NCBI GenBank assembly: GCA_963771045.1
Contig: CAVYRW010000004.1
Span: 1,184,001-1,248,000, forward strand
Length of the DNA stretch: 64,000 nucleotides
Reading direction: 5' to 3'
Source: Waddliaceae bacterium
GTDB taxonomy: Bacteria; Chlamydiota; Chlamydiia; Chlamydiales; SLFE01
Numbering within the stretch: position 1 is the first letter of the stretch; every line of letters starts with the position of its first letter. Under the pieces are notes generated by a model. That model saw nothing but the letters and a program-made list of their open reading frames with translations, did no database searches and was not told the origin of the DNA. This document shows, in pieces, positions 10,304-21,038 of the stretch. The position numbers were made by a program, and so were the translations under genes.

Positions 10304-10666
10304 TCAACCGTGAAGTGCGACAAATAGTGTAAAATTGAAAATGGCCAGAGATGGCAAGAGAAGGCATTGGATTGAAGATCCCTCTTCAAGGATCTCTTCA
10401 AAGAGCCCCTTAAATTCCCTCTGGGCCGTCTCGTCCCCTCCAACGAGTGGAGGCATCTCGATCGTGAATCCCAGGCTATCGTCATTGATGAATAAGCCGC
10501 TTTCCTCATCGTAGGACTGATAAGGTAAGATCGAAGCAAGAGTGTCAAAGGAAAAGACGCTTTCTTTGATCTCAGGCCTTTTGAGGAGCGATTCCTTGAT
10601 TCCCAGGTCAGGGTCACCAAAGAATCCGGCTATTCTCCTCCCCGCTTTACTCAAGCTATCAATCAT
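10304..10666 (-). pseudogene. traC: F-type conjugal ATPase TraC, N-terminal fragment
   Basis: LASILPYQSYDEESGLFINDDSLGF resembles the TraC N-terminus; follows traV; truncated after ~105 aa. Confidence 0.75.
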
Positions 10667-11019
10667 GGACTACACTCCCCTCCCCCACAGGTTTCTTGAA
10701 AGTAGATGTAGTGACCATCTGTTTTGGAACATCCAAACTCCTCCCCTTCAACCCATACTCGTTTGAGCATAGCATTACTGCCCACACTCCCGGGGTGAGT
10801 TCGGCACCGCCTTTCTTTGCAGTCAGTGCAAGAGGTTCTGGGGATTTTGCCGAGGAAAATATCTGGGCCCCCCTCAGGTGTTTCGATGATCATGCTTTGA
10901 ATTTCGGATACAGAGGTACAGGGAACACCCTTCCCCGGTGGACAGTCAAATTGGGTCTTGTATGCTTGGTAAGAGCAAAGCACGAGCGGAATCAAAAGCA
11001 GGAGTTTTCTAGCGTTCAT
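10663..11019 (-). CDS. traV: F-type conjugal lipoprotein TraV-like
   Basis: GGAGG RBS, signal-like N-terminus, FDCPPGKGVPCTSVS motif, directly upstream of traC. Confidence 0.7.
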   Translation of the reverse strand: MNARKLLLLIPLVLCSYQAYKTQFDCPPGKGVPCTSVSEIQSMIIETPEGGPDIFLGKIPRTSCTDCKERRCRTHPGSVGSNAMLKRVWVEGEEFGCSKTDGHYIYFQETCGGGECSP

Positions 11020-11219
11020 GAGCCTCCAGGGAATAGAATGCCTCAGTTGTTTCCAAATAGAATTCTTCATCCTCAGGATCTATATATCAATCACGACTAT
11101 TGATGTCTACATATATCTGTGTGTTTATGTATATTTTTGTTGTTTGCATTTTTACCGTTGAAATAAAAATTTCAATTATCTAGCTTTCAGATATTTAATA
11201 ATCTTTTTTATTAATCGAA

Positions 11220-11758
11220 ATGTCATCTATCTGCTGCCCAAAAAAATCAGAAGTTATTTATCGACCTCGCAAACCTGAAAAAACGGTTCTTTTTAACGTC
11301 ATAAAAAGACACTACAAGACATGGTACAAAAACTCTGAAAATCCCATTCCCAAATATGTAGACAAGGAGTTCCATAAGTATCTGGAATGCGGCATATTAG
11401 CTAATGGATTCGCGTGTGCTCATTGTTCTGACTGCAACAAAGACATATTCATCGCTTTTTCCTGTAAAGGCCGGGGAATCTGCCCCTCCTGCAACACACG
11501 AACAATGGTTGAAACAGCTGCGCACCTCGTTGAAAATGTCATTCCGCCCATTCCCATCAGACAATTTGTGATCAGTTTTCCTATGCGGATTAGGCATTAC
11601 CTTCAAACGTACAAAATCCTCCAAACCGTTTTAAATATTGTCGTCGATGAAATTCGAAAGAGGCTTATCATATGCAGTCCGGATATCATAGATCCTTAAA
11701 ATCGGTGTCATTAGCTTCATCCAGTATTTTGGAAAGACACTAAATTTTCATCCTCATT
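11220..11758 (+). mobile_element. IS91/ISCR-like transposase, 5' portion only
   Basis: YLECGILANGFACAHC...SCKGRGICPSC; near-identical to the other copies; breaks off at the HUH-coding sequence. Confidence 0.85.
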
Positions 11759-12330
11759 TTTTCTTTAAATTCGAGTTTTTCGGAAAATTTTGTGACAACA
11801 TTTCCTTCAAGACAGATCTCTCCGAACCGCGAGGGGGGATTGACACCCAGAACCGTTCCGATTTTCTCGTGTTTTAGGTGAAAATGGTATTCTTCCAATA
11901 GATCGGCATCGGTCAGGCCGTCGCCATAGGTAACTGCGAAGTTTTCGGCGTTTCCCAAATAATTTTCCGCGGCCAGAGCCACGCGCGCCCCTGTCATTGT
12001 GCTTTCTCCGGTATAGGCGAGGGTAACATGCCAGTCTTCTTCGTGGTGGACCGAGTGGAGAGTGGTCTCGCGGGTGGCCAGGTCGATGCTGAAATCGCTT
12101 CCTAAAATCGAATAATTTAAAAAATAATGTTTAATGACTTCCGCTTTGAACCCTAAGCACAGGATAAATCGTCGGAAACCGAATTTGCGGTAAGTGCGCA
12201 TGATGTGCCAGAGGATCGGCCGTCCGCCTATGGGGACCATGGGCTTGGGCCGAAATTCCGTTTCTTCTTTAATTCTGGTTCCAAGTCCTCCGCAGAGGAT
12301 GAAGACCGGTGTCTCTTTAGTTTTCATCAT
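11740..12330 (-). pseudogene. rfbF: Glucose-1-phosphate cytidylyltransferase, C-terminally truncated
   Basis: ILCGGLGTRIKEETEFRPKPMVPIGGRPILWHIM, TMTGARV, TYGDG; ends at the junction with the IS91-like fragment. Confidence 0.85.
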
Positions 12331-12405
12331 TTGGAAAAACATTTTAGTGGCATCTAGTCTAAATCACAATCCTAAAATTACAAGATATGATAAAATTTCT
12401 AGATA

Positions 12406-13623
12406 ATGCAACTGAGTTCTGGAGAACAAACAAGGGAGCGGACAGGCACTGCTTTGGGCGGGGCGCTGCTTATTGCGGGAACATGCATAGGGGCGGGCAT
12501 GCTGGCCATCCTCATCGCTACCGGTATGAGCGGTTTTTTTCCCGCTATCTTTGTCAATACTGTGTGTTGGTTGTTCATGCTGGCGACGGGACTCCTTTTT
12601 CTGGAGGCTACGTTGTGGATGCCCGACGGTGCAAATGTGATTTCTATGTCGGGCCGCTTCCTTGGCCCGGTCGGAAAGTGGCTCGGAGGGTTCTTCTTTT
12701 TATTTCTCTACTACAATCTGATGGTCTCCTACATTGCCGGGGGAGCCCCGCTGGTAATCGAGGCTGTCAGGCAGCTGACGGGGTTTCAGATGGACGTCGC
12801 TTGGGGATTTTTCATTTTCCCTTTAGTTTTAGCTTCTGTCCTTCTGGCCGGTGCGTGGTTTGTCGACAAGGTCAATTGGGTTTTAATGTTCTCTCTGATC
12901 CTTTCTTATATACTGCTGATCGGCACCGGTGCAGGCGATGTAAATCCTTCCCTTTTACTCAAAAAAAATTGGAAGCTGAGCCTGTTTGCGATGCCGATTC
13001 TTTTTAGCGCTTATGGTTATCACAATATTATCCCCTCCATTTCCACCTATCTCGGCCGGAATCGCAACCATCTGCGCCTTGCGGTTATTTTGGGAACGAC
13101 ATTGCCTTTTGTCGTCTATTTCATTTGGCAATGGCTGATCATGGGCTCGGTCCCTCCAAAATATCTGGAACACGCCGCCTCCCAGGGCATACCGGCAAAC
13201 ACCATCTTGGCTCAGGTTACCGGAAAGGCTTGGGTCGGGAGTATTGCCCTCTTTTTCGGCTTTTTTGCAATAGTCACTTCTCTTTTGGGGGTCTCCCTTT
13301 CCATGATTGACTTCATGGGGGATGGTTTCGGGATGGGGCGAAAGGGTTTTCAGCGACTCGCGCTGACAATACTGGTGTTTGGTCCTCCTGCGGCATTTGC
13401 CTACAACAATCCGGAGATTTTTATTGAAGCTCTGGGGATCGCCGGAGGATTCGGGGAGGCCTTTCTCAACGGCCTGCTTCCCATTGCATTGGTTTGAGTG
13501 GGAAGGTATCATATGAAGCTTGAGGGAAAACCGCTCCTTTTCGGCGGGCGGGGACTTTTGGCGCTTCTCTTTGCCTTTACGATCTTCATCATGATCCTGG
13601 AAACAATACACCTCATGTTTTGA
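12406..13623 (+). CDS. tyrP: Tyrosine/tryptophan (HAAAP) permease with an in-frame TGA at 13495-13497
   Basis: GGALLIAGTCIGAGMLA, SAYGYHNIIPS; the frame continues 42 codons past the TGA (LV*VGRY...) into a hydrophobic helix. Confidence 0.8.
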
Positions 13624-13764
13624 AATATGAAATCAGAAATCAGAAATGCTGAGATGCTGCGCCTTTGACAATTACAGAACAGTTACAAAAAAACTCTGTT
13701 TTCTAATGTTGATCGATAATCTGAATCCAAGTACACTCCTGGTACTTTTCAATGGAGGTATTTC

Positions 13765-16700
13765 ATGCGATCCCTTTTTCTTCTCTGCTGCTTGGGTTGG
13801 ATTTCGCTCTTTGCCGAAGATGATTGCGAAGATTTCACTCCATCATCACCTTTTGAAATTTCCGACTTGACATGCAGCAAAGAATTTCTTGTCGGGGGAT
13901 TGATCAATCCTTTAAGCGGCCAGATCTGCATCAATAAAACCGATCTGGTTGCCAAAGGCGCTCAGGATATTGTCATTAACAGAACATATATACCTCCTTT
14001 CCTCCCGGAAAAGCAGCACAAAAATCCGGACCTCGATAAGGCGCTCAGACATCAACAACTTTTTCGCAGTTATCGAGGATTTACAACACTGCCTCATCTT
14101 ACACTCAGATTGAAGTCAAATGGAAGGATACAAGTTGCATCTCAGAATGGCTCGCTTTTAGATTTTAAAATGACAAGCCGCGGAGACTATGTTTTAGACA
14201 GTATCCCTTATGGGATCAGCAATTATGCCGCCGGCAGGCCAGGGGGGCAGTTTGATGTCAGAAACATCAAGATCAACCGATCAGAAAATGAGATCGCCAT
14301 TCATTTTCCCGATGGCTGCAGGCGTGTCTATAACAAACAGAGTACCTCTTCATATACCTTAGGCAAAGAAATTTTACCGAGCGGCAAGATCATCAAATAT
14401 CATTATCAACATGGCGCTATCAGCCTGATCGAGAGCTTGGACCCCGGCGAAAAGCACATCTATGCCTCAGTTGAAGTCAAAGGATCGAAGGAGAAAGGGA
14501 AGCAGGAATTTTTCGCGTCAAGCGGCGCTTTCGCATCACATTCATATGAAACAAGAATGCTTCAATCCGAATGGAAGGACAATGGAAGTCGTTTTAAACA
14601 AGGACTCCGTTCCAAACTCTATTTGACGGCAGCAGAAGGCTCGTTTTTTGACAAAGAAGAGTTTTCGTATAGCGAGGATCTTTTTTTATCGGAATGCAGA
14701 AGCTCCCGTCTCCCATTTAAAAGTTTGAGCAAGATCACAAAAGCCCCAGATAACCAATATGACACTCGCGTGAAAAATCTTATCTTTGACACGTCCGATG
14801 ACACGTCTTTCATGGGAGTGGAAAACATTGAGTACTCTCCCCCCTTGCCGGGAAAGCTAAATGGAGAAACCCTGGTCGCTTATCAAGACGGCTCTAAAAT
14901 CGTTTATCGTTACACAGATCAATTGCTTCTCGAATCGGTAAAATCATTTCAACCGGATGGATCTCTTAAGAAAACAAAACTCTTTCACTGGGATGACAAC
15001 AATCGATTGTCAAGGATTCAGTTATTTGATAGCGGCGAAGAACTGCTCTATGAAAAGGCCTATGAATACGATGATTTTGGCAATCCGATTCTTGAAACGA
15101 TCACAGGAAATGCTTCCTACAGCATAAGAAGGGAATTCTCTCAGGATGGCATGAATCTGCTCTTGAAAGAACAAGAGGACAGCGGAAAAGAGACAGTTTA
15201 TACCTACCTTTCCGAAACCAACCTCCCGACATCAAAACTCACTTCAGAAAATGGCAACATTTTCCAAAGAGAATATTGGGAGTATGACGACTGTCATAAT
15301 TTGATCGGCAAAATTATTGATGATGGAAAATCTCCTCCGGCTGAAAGACGCATAACATCCTATACCCTTCGCCAAGAAGCGCCGTATCTCCATATGCCGG
15401 AATGGATCGAAGAAAAATGCGAAAAAATCCTGAAAAAAACTCATTTGATCTACGACCAATATGGCAATGTTTCGCAAGAGGATGTATATGACTCTGACGG
15501 AAATTTCCGGTATTCACGATTCAAGGAATACGACAAGAGAGGCAATTTAATTTCCGAAACCAACGCGCTAGGACAAACAGCCTACTACGAGTATGATCAA
15601 AATGGCAACCTTCTAACAGAAACCTCCTTATCCGGAAAACTGAAAAAGGAGTATACCTACGATCTTAGAGGACGGTGTTTAACTGAAACACATCGTGGAT
15701 CCAATGGCGAATTGAAAACTTTTCTTTACAAGTATGATAATAACGATCAACTGATCCAAAAGATCGTCAATGATTCACACATCACTCGCTATACCCTTGA
15801 TCCCATTGTCCTAAAACCGACCACCATCCAATATCCTTCAAACGTAAAAATCTGCAGACAATACGATGCTTTAGGACGCGAAACAGCCAAAACCGATCCT
15901 GAAGGATATACAACATACACCACTCGAAACCTCTACGGCTCTCCACTGCAAATCGTTCATCCCGATGGAACAGAGGAGAGGTTTTTATACTCAAAAGAAG
16001 GACATCTTTTAGAATATATCGACCAAGAAGGCAGCAAAACCGCCTACATCCGAGATATACTTGGCAGAGTTTTAAAAAAGACATTTTTTACAAAGGCAGG
16101 AGAAGAACTCGGCTCAAAATCTTTTGTCTACAATTCCTTTCACCTTCTGAAAGAAACCGATCTAGAGGGGCATGCCACCTCTTATCACTACGATGGAGCC
16201 GGTAGAAAAATCAGTGAGGAAAGAGAGGGGAGAATTACTGAATACTCCTATGACTCTCTGGGAAGATTGGCAACTGTTAAGAAAGATTCCCTTCTTCACC
16301 ACTACGAATATGACCTTCTCGATCGTATGATTCAAGAGACGAAAACCGATTTAGATGGAACAATTCTTTATCAAGTCGACTATGAATATGACGAAGATGG
16401 CAACCGCTCAGCAATTACCCGAAACCATGCCGCCGAAAAATTTTCATACGATGCTTTTGGCCGGATCACCGTTCGCAAAGACTATGAAGACAATACCATC
16501 GCTTATACCTATGATGACTGGTACGAAAATTCCTTTTTGAGAAAGACAGCCGTCGACCCCTCAGGCAAAACAACAGTCACTATTTATGACCCCTTTGAAA
16601 GGATGACATCCGAGCAACAGTTCGATCAAAATAAAGCGACGCTTCACTTTAAAGATTTAAAATATGATTCGAGAGGCAACCTGATCAAAATCAGTGAAGA

Positions 16701-18594
16701 TATTTATCAAAACGGCCGCTATCAGCGAACGCAAACCCTGACTTATGCCTATGACTCAATGAACCGCCTCCAATCCGAAACTCATGGCTTTGAAAGATCG
16801 ATCCACTATTCCTATCATCCTTCCGGCCGTTTAGCTTCAAAAACCCTGCCAAACGGAAAAGTTCTCAACTACGCCTATAACCCCTTAGGGTATTTAGAAT
16901 CTCTCCATTCTTCCGACGGTTCAATCAATTCCAATTTCCGCACGAACAAACTTGGCGATATCATCGAAGCCGTCGATATTAATCAAGCTTATTCCATAAC
17001 ACGAAACTTCGATCCCTTCGGCAATATTTTACGCGAGAAGACATCGGATGGCCTTGTCCTAGACAAGAAATACGACTGTTTCAACCGCCCCCTTGAGCTC
17101 GAATTTTCAGAAGGTTCTATAAAGTATGAATATGATCCCCTCTACCTTCGAACCGTTTCAAGATTCAATAGCCAAAAAGATCAGCTTTATACGCACACCT
17201 ATGACTGCTATGATCAATCGGGCCGCCTGCTTGAAGAATCGCTTATAGGCGAACTTGGCACAGCGAATTTCCAATATGACAAAAACGGGCAAAAAACGGC
17301 CTCATCTTGCGCCTATTTCGCTCAAACTTGCACCTATAACGAGATGGGTAACCTCATTGAATCAACAAGAGATCAAGCAATTCACTCTTATTCCTATGAT
17401 GCCCTTTCTCAGCTAACTTTTGAAAATGACACGACATATGCTTATGATTCCCTCTTTAATCGAACACAAAAAAATGACGAGGCATTTCAATACAATCAGC
17501 TTAACGAACTCCTTTCCAAAGGCGAGCAAAAATACCAATATGATCAATGCGGCAATCTGACCCATGACGGTAAAATGACCTACACATATGATCTTCTCAA
17601 TCGCTTGATCGAGGCAAAGGACGGCAGGCGTAAAATCACCTTTACTTACGATCCATTTGATCGAAGAATATCCAAGAAAGTGTCCCTATACAGCGCACAC
17701 GAAGAGCGCATCCTTAACGAAGAGATCTACTTTTATGACGGGCAAAATGAACTTGGCGCTTACACACTAGGCCATCAACTCAAGCAATTAAAAGTACCCG
17801 GAATACGAGCCTGCAAAGAATCCTGCCAACCCATTGCGATCGAGCTCCAAGACAGAGTCTTCGCCCCAATTCTCGACTGCCACGGGAATATACAAAAGCT
17901 TGTGGATATCGAATCAAAAGAAATTTCGCATGAATACAACTATTCGGCATTCGGAGATAACCTCAAAACTACCGAACCCTTGTACAATCCCTGGAGATAC
18001 GCAGGCAAACGCCTGGATCCCGAAACAGGCTTGATTTATTTCGGCAAGAGGTACTATAGCCCGGCTATTGGCCGCTGGCTGACAACCGATCCTGCCGGCA
18101 CTCGCGATTCCTCGAATCTCTACCAGTATCTTTTAAACAACCCCTTCCAATACTGCGATCCCGATGGGCAATGTATCTTCCTGATTGCCATACCTATAGG
18201 CGAAATCATTTTAGGGACAGCGACAGCGGAAGCGATCATTGGTGCAGTAGTGGGCGCCTTTTGCGCTTATTTCGCTTATGAGAATGTTCATTACGTAGAA
18301 GATTGGATGAATGATTGCAGCCGGGATGGGTCACCTTATATCTGGGATGATTTTGGTTGGAATCCCGAGGGACCCGCTGATTATGGATTTGAATGGAAAG
18401 GTAGTGGTCCTCCATCTAGTGGTGATGGAAACTGGGTTAAAGGAGATGAAAGGTTAAATCCCGATTTTGATCATGCTCCGCCAATAGGTCCTCATTGGGA
18501 TTATAAACCTGAAAGGAAACATGATGGATATCGCTTGTATCCGGATGGAAGATGCGAGCCAAAAAATAAAGGAAAAAGGAAAAAAGGTAAGTAA
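13765..18594 (+). CDS. rhs: Rhs/YD-repeat polymorphic toxin with N-terminal signal peptide and C-terminal GPHWDY toxin tip
   Basis: Many YD repeats; Rhs core NPWRYAGKRLDPETGLIYFGKRYYSPAIGRWLTTDP; PFQYCDPDG cleavage motif (18157-18168); tip resembles Ntox37 by recall. Confidence 0.93.
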   Translation: MRSLFLLCCLGWISLFAEDDCEDFTPSSPFEISDLTCSKEFLVGGLINPLSGQICINKTDLVAKGAQDIVINRTYIPPFLPEKQHKNPDLDKALRHQQLFRSYRGFTTLPHLTLRLKSNGRIQVASQNGSLLDFKMTSRGDYVLDSIPYGISNYAAGRPGGQFDVRNIKINRSENEIAIHFPDGCRRVYNKQSTSSYTLGKEILPSGKIIKYHYQHGAISLIESLDPGEKHIYASVEVKGSKEKGKQEFFASSGAFASHSYETRMLQSEWKDNGSRFKQGLRSKLYLTAAEGSFFDKEEFSYSEDLFLSECRSSRLPFKSLSKITKAPDNQYDTRVKNLIFDTSDDTSFMGVENIEYSPPLPGKLNGETLVAYQDGSKIVYRYTDQLLLESVKSFQPDGSLKKTKLFHWDDNNRLSRIQLFDSGEELLYEKAYEYDDFGNPILETITGNASYSIRREFSQDGMNLLLKEQEDSGKETVYTYLSETNLPTSKLTSENGNIFQREYWEYDDCHNLIGKIIDDGKSPPAERRITSYTLRQEAPYLHMPEWIEEKCEKILKKTHLIYDQYGNVSQEDVYDSDGNFRYSRFKEYDKRGNLISETNALGQTAYYEYDQNGNLLTETSLSGKLKKEYTYDLRGRCLTETHRGSNGELKTFLYKYDNNDQLIQKIVNDSHITRYTLDPIVLKPTTIQYPSNVKICRQYDALGRETAKTDPEGYTTYTTRNLYGSPLQIVHPDGTEERFLYSKEGHLLEYIDQEGSKTAYIRDILGRVLKKTFFTKAGEELGSKSFVYNSFHLLKETDLEGHATSYHYDGAGRKISEEREGRITEYSYDSLGRLATVKKDSLLHHYEYDLLDRMIQETKTDLDGTILYQVDYEYDEDGNRSAITRNHAAEKFSYDAFGRITVRKDYEDNTIAYTYDDWYENSFLRKTAVDPSGKTTVTIYDPFERMTSEQQFDQNKATLHFKDLKYDSRGNLIKISEDIYQNGRYQRTQTLTYAYDSMNRLQSETHGFERSIHYSYHPSGRLASKTLPNGKVLNYAYNPLGYLESLHSSDGSINSNFRTNKLGDIIEAVDINQAYSITRNFDPFGNILREKTSDGLVLDKKYDCFNRPLELEFSEGSIKYEYDPLYLRTVSRFNSQKDQLYTHTYDCYDQSGRLLEESLIGELGTANFQYDKNGQKTASSCAYFAQTCTYNEMGNLIESTRDQAIHSYSYDALSQLTFENDTTYAYDSLFNRTQKNDEAFQYNQLNELLSKGEQKYQYDQCGNLTHDGKMTYTYDLLNRLIEAKDGRRKITFTYDPFDRRISKKVSLYSAHEERILNEEIYFYDGQNELGAYTLGHQLKQLKVPGIRACKESCQPIAIELQDRVFAPILDCHGNIQKLVDIESKEISHEYNYSAFGDNLKTTEPLYNPWRYAGKRLDPETGLIYFGKRYYSPAIGRWLTTDPAGTRDSSNLYQYLLNNPFQYCDPDGQCIFLIAIPIGEIILGTATAEAIIGAVVGAFCAYFAYENVHYVEDWMNDCSRDGSPYIWDDFGWNPEGPADYGFEWKGSGPPSSGDGNWVKGDERLNPDFDHAPPIGPHWDYKPERKHDGYRLYPDGRCEPKNKGKRKKGK

Positions 18595-18598
18595 ATTC

Positions 18599-19264
18599 AT
18601 GAAAAAATGGAAGTTAAATTACACGACGGCATGGCCATATTTTAATAAGCATATAAAATCGGGAAATTCACTATCAAGATTTCTTATAGAAAAAATTGAT
18701 TTTAAAAAGGGACACTTTTTTACAATTCTTCCAGAAGATGCTCAAATTGAAAATATTGAGAATCTACGTTTCGGAGGAATTCTTCCACAACCTCCTATGA
18801 TGAAGTCCCCAGATAATAGAGGATATTGGCAATCAATACCGACAACTATCGAATCAATGGCAGATTTTATAAAAAATTTCTTGGAGCAAAATGACTTGCG
18901 TTATGGTTTGGTGGAAGACGTGTGTTATGGCCCAAATGATGAAGTAGTTTTAGAGTCAGAGGTCGAATATCTGCTTTATGATAAAGAGGTTTATTACTTT
19001 CTTCAAAAAAAAGTATCAACAGAAGAAATTGAACAAACTATCAGAATAGGGAATGCAAATTACCATCTACTCATTGTTTTGGGTGAAGGTGAAAGATTTA
19101 GAAATGAGGCCCTTCAATTTAGTGATTTTGAGCAAATTGCACAAGAAGCAGTATACATAGTTGGAAGTGCTTATGATAGTGAATCATATATAGTTTGGAA
19201 AAACGATGACAAGCTCGATCCTAATATGGAGAATTTCTTTAAGGAGAAGGATTATCAAAAGTGA
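18599..19264 (+). CDS. Putative immunity protein 1
   Basis: Starts 4 nt after the Rhs stop; AT-rich; family motifs GHFFTILP, GGILP, GSAYDSESYIVW. Confidence 0.8.
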   Translation: MKKWKLNYTTAWPYFNKHIKSGNSLSRFLIEKIDFKKGHFFTILPEDAQIENIENLRFGGILPQPPMMKSPDNRGYWQSIPTTIESMADFIKNFLEQNDLRYGLVEDVCYGPNDEVVLESEVEYLLYDKEVYYFLQKKVSTEEIEQTIRIGNANYHLLIVLGEGERFRNEALQFSDFEQIAQEAVYIVGSAYDSESYIVWKNDDKLDPNMENFFKEKDYQK

Positions 19265-19341
19265 AAATCAAATATATTTACGGGCCTATCACAGGACCAC
19301 ATTGGGATTATTATGATCCTCTCTGAGATGCTAAATTATAT

Positions 19342-19769
19342 AATGCGTTTTCCTGATTGCCATACCTATAAGCGAAATCATTTTAGGGACAGCAACAGCG
19401 GAAGCGATCATTGGTGCAGTAGTGGGCGCCTTTTGCGCTTATTTCGCTTATGAGAATGTTCATTACGTAGAAGATTGGATGAACAATTGCAGCCGGGATG
19501 GGTCACCTTATATCTGGGATGATTTTGGTTGGAATCCCGAGGGACCCGCTGATTATGGATTTGAATGGAAAGGTAGGGGTCCTCCATCTAGTGGTAAAGG
19601 GAACTGGGTTAAAGGAGATGAAAAGTTAAATCCCGATTTTGATCATGCTCCGCCAATAGGTCCTCATTGGGACTATGTTCCAGAAGAAAATCATGATGGT
19701 TATCGCTTGCATCCGGATGGAAGATGCGAGCCAAAAAATAAAGGAAAAAGGAAAAAGGAAAAAAGGTAA
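19342..19769 (+). pseudogene. Orphan Rhs C-terminal toxin module
   Basis: Repeat of ~18170-18594, offset ~1172 bp, starting right after the DPDG position; no Rhs body. Confidence 0.85.
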
Positions 19770-19777
19770 GTAGGTTC

Positions 19778-20443
19778 ATGAAAAAATGGAAGTTAAACTA
19801 TACGACGGTATGGCCATATTTTAAAGATCACATAGAATGGGGAAATTCACTATCAAGATTTCTTATAGAAAAAATTGATTTTAAAAAGGGACACTTTTTT
19901 ACAATACTTCCAGAAGATGCTCAAATTGAAAATATTGAGGATCTACGTTCTGGAGGAATTCTTCCACAACCTCCTATGATGAAGTCCCCAGATAATAAAG
20001 GATATTGGCAATTGATACCTTCAACTGTTGACTCGATGACAGAATTCATAAAAAAATTTTTAGAACAAAATAACTGTCGTTATGGTTTGGCAGAGGATGT
20101 GTGTTACGGTCCAAATGATAAATTAGTCATAGAGTCAACTGTAGAATATCTACTTTATGATAAAGAGGTTTATTACTTTCTTCAAAAAAAATTATCAAAA
20201 GAAGAAATTAGAAAAACTATCAGAAGAGCTAATGCAACTTACCATTTACTCATTGTTTTGTGCGAAGGCGAAAAATTTAATAATAAAGGTCTTCAATTTA
20301 GCAATTTTGAACAGATTGCACGAGATGCCATATACATAATTGGTAGTGCTTACGACCGGGAATCATATATAGTTTGGAAAAACGATGACAAACTCGATCC
20401 AAATATGGAGAATTTCTTTCAGGAAACGGGACATCAAAAGTGA
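19778..20443 (+). CDS. Putative immunity protein 2
   Basis: Close paralogue of 18599-19264, downstream of the orphan toxin. Confidence 0.8.
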   Translation: MKKWKLNYTTVWPYFKDHIEWGNSLSRFLIEKIDFKKGHFFTILPEDAQIENIEDLRSGGILPQPPMMKSPDNKGYWQLIPSTVDSMTEFIKKFLEQNNCRYGLAEDVCYGPNDKLVIESTVEYLLYDKEVYYFLQKKLSKEEIRKTIRRANATYHLLIVLCEGEKFNNKGLQFSNFEQIARDAIYIIGSAYDRESYIVWKNDDKLDPNMENFFQETGHQK

Positions 20444-20537
20444 AAATCAAATATATTTACGGGCCTATCACAGGACCACATTGGGACTTTTTTGGTCCTC
20501 TCTAAGATGCTAAATTATATTCAGGAGGTGTTTGGAT

Positions 20538-21038
20538 ATGGAATTAAAAATAAATAAACATAAGCTAGATCCAAAGAAAACTATACCTTTTTTTGTAGAT
20601 AATATTCGTTGTGGAAATGCTTTATCCGAAGAAGTTATTAAAGCCATTGATTTTGAGAAAGGGGAATTTTTTACATTTCTGCCCAGTAACGCAGAAATAG
20701 ATCGAATCTATAATTTTAAATGGGGAGGAATATTCCCAAACGCATTTCAAAGCTTAGAAAGCTGTTCAGGAATCAAAGATCAACCTCGCATTGAGCGGAA
20801 AACTGGTATATCAGATCAGTTCCATGTTGATTTTATTAAAAATTATTTAATCGAAAGTAGAAAAAGGCTTATGATTATTGATAGTTTTAATGAACAGCCT
20901 GATGATCCTCATCTAGGAATAGAAAATGTAAATATGTTTTCATATAAAAATGAAATTTATTATGCTTTGGACAACAAAAATGGTAGAGAAGAAATCGATG
21001 AGGCACTTTGTGTAGCAGATCTCATTTGGCATTCTTAA
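20538..21038 (+). pseudogene. Putative immunity protein 3, truncated by the IS91-like element
   Basis: AGGAGG RBS; GEFFTFLP and GGIFP motifs; stops at IWHS where paralogue 60010-60642 continues. Confidence 0.75.

Noticed and set aside
13495..13497. UGA=Trp recoding, suggested by in-frame TGA at Trp positions in tyrP, IS3 orfB (1529-1531) and the orphan toxin (59936-59938)
   Set aside because: Long core genes use TGG with no internal TGA, several genes end in TGA, and TAG/TAA nonsense changes also occur; TGG>TGA is a common transition
12387..13611. Overlapping ORFs of 206 aa (+) and 218 aa (-), and similar shadow ORFs over ruvB, mgtE, the TPR gene and yidC
   Set aside because: Alternative-frame or antisense shadows of well-supported genes, with no motifs
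18170..20520. Diversity-generating retroelement template/variable repeat pair
   Set aside because: Differences are not confined to adenines and no reverse transcriptase is present
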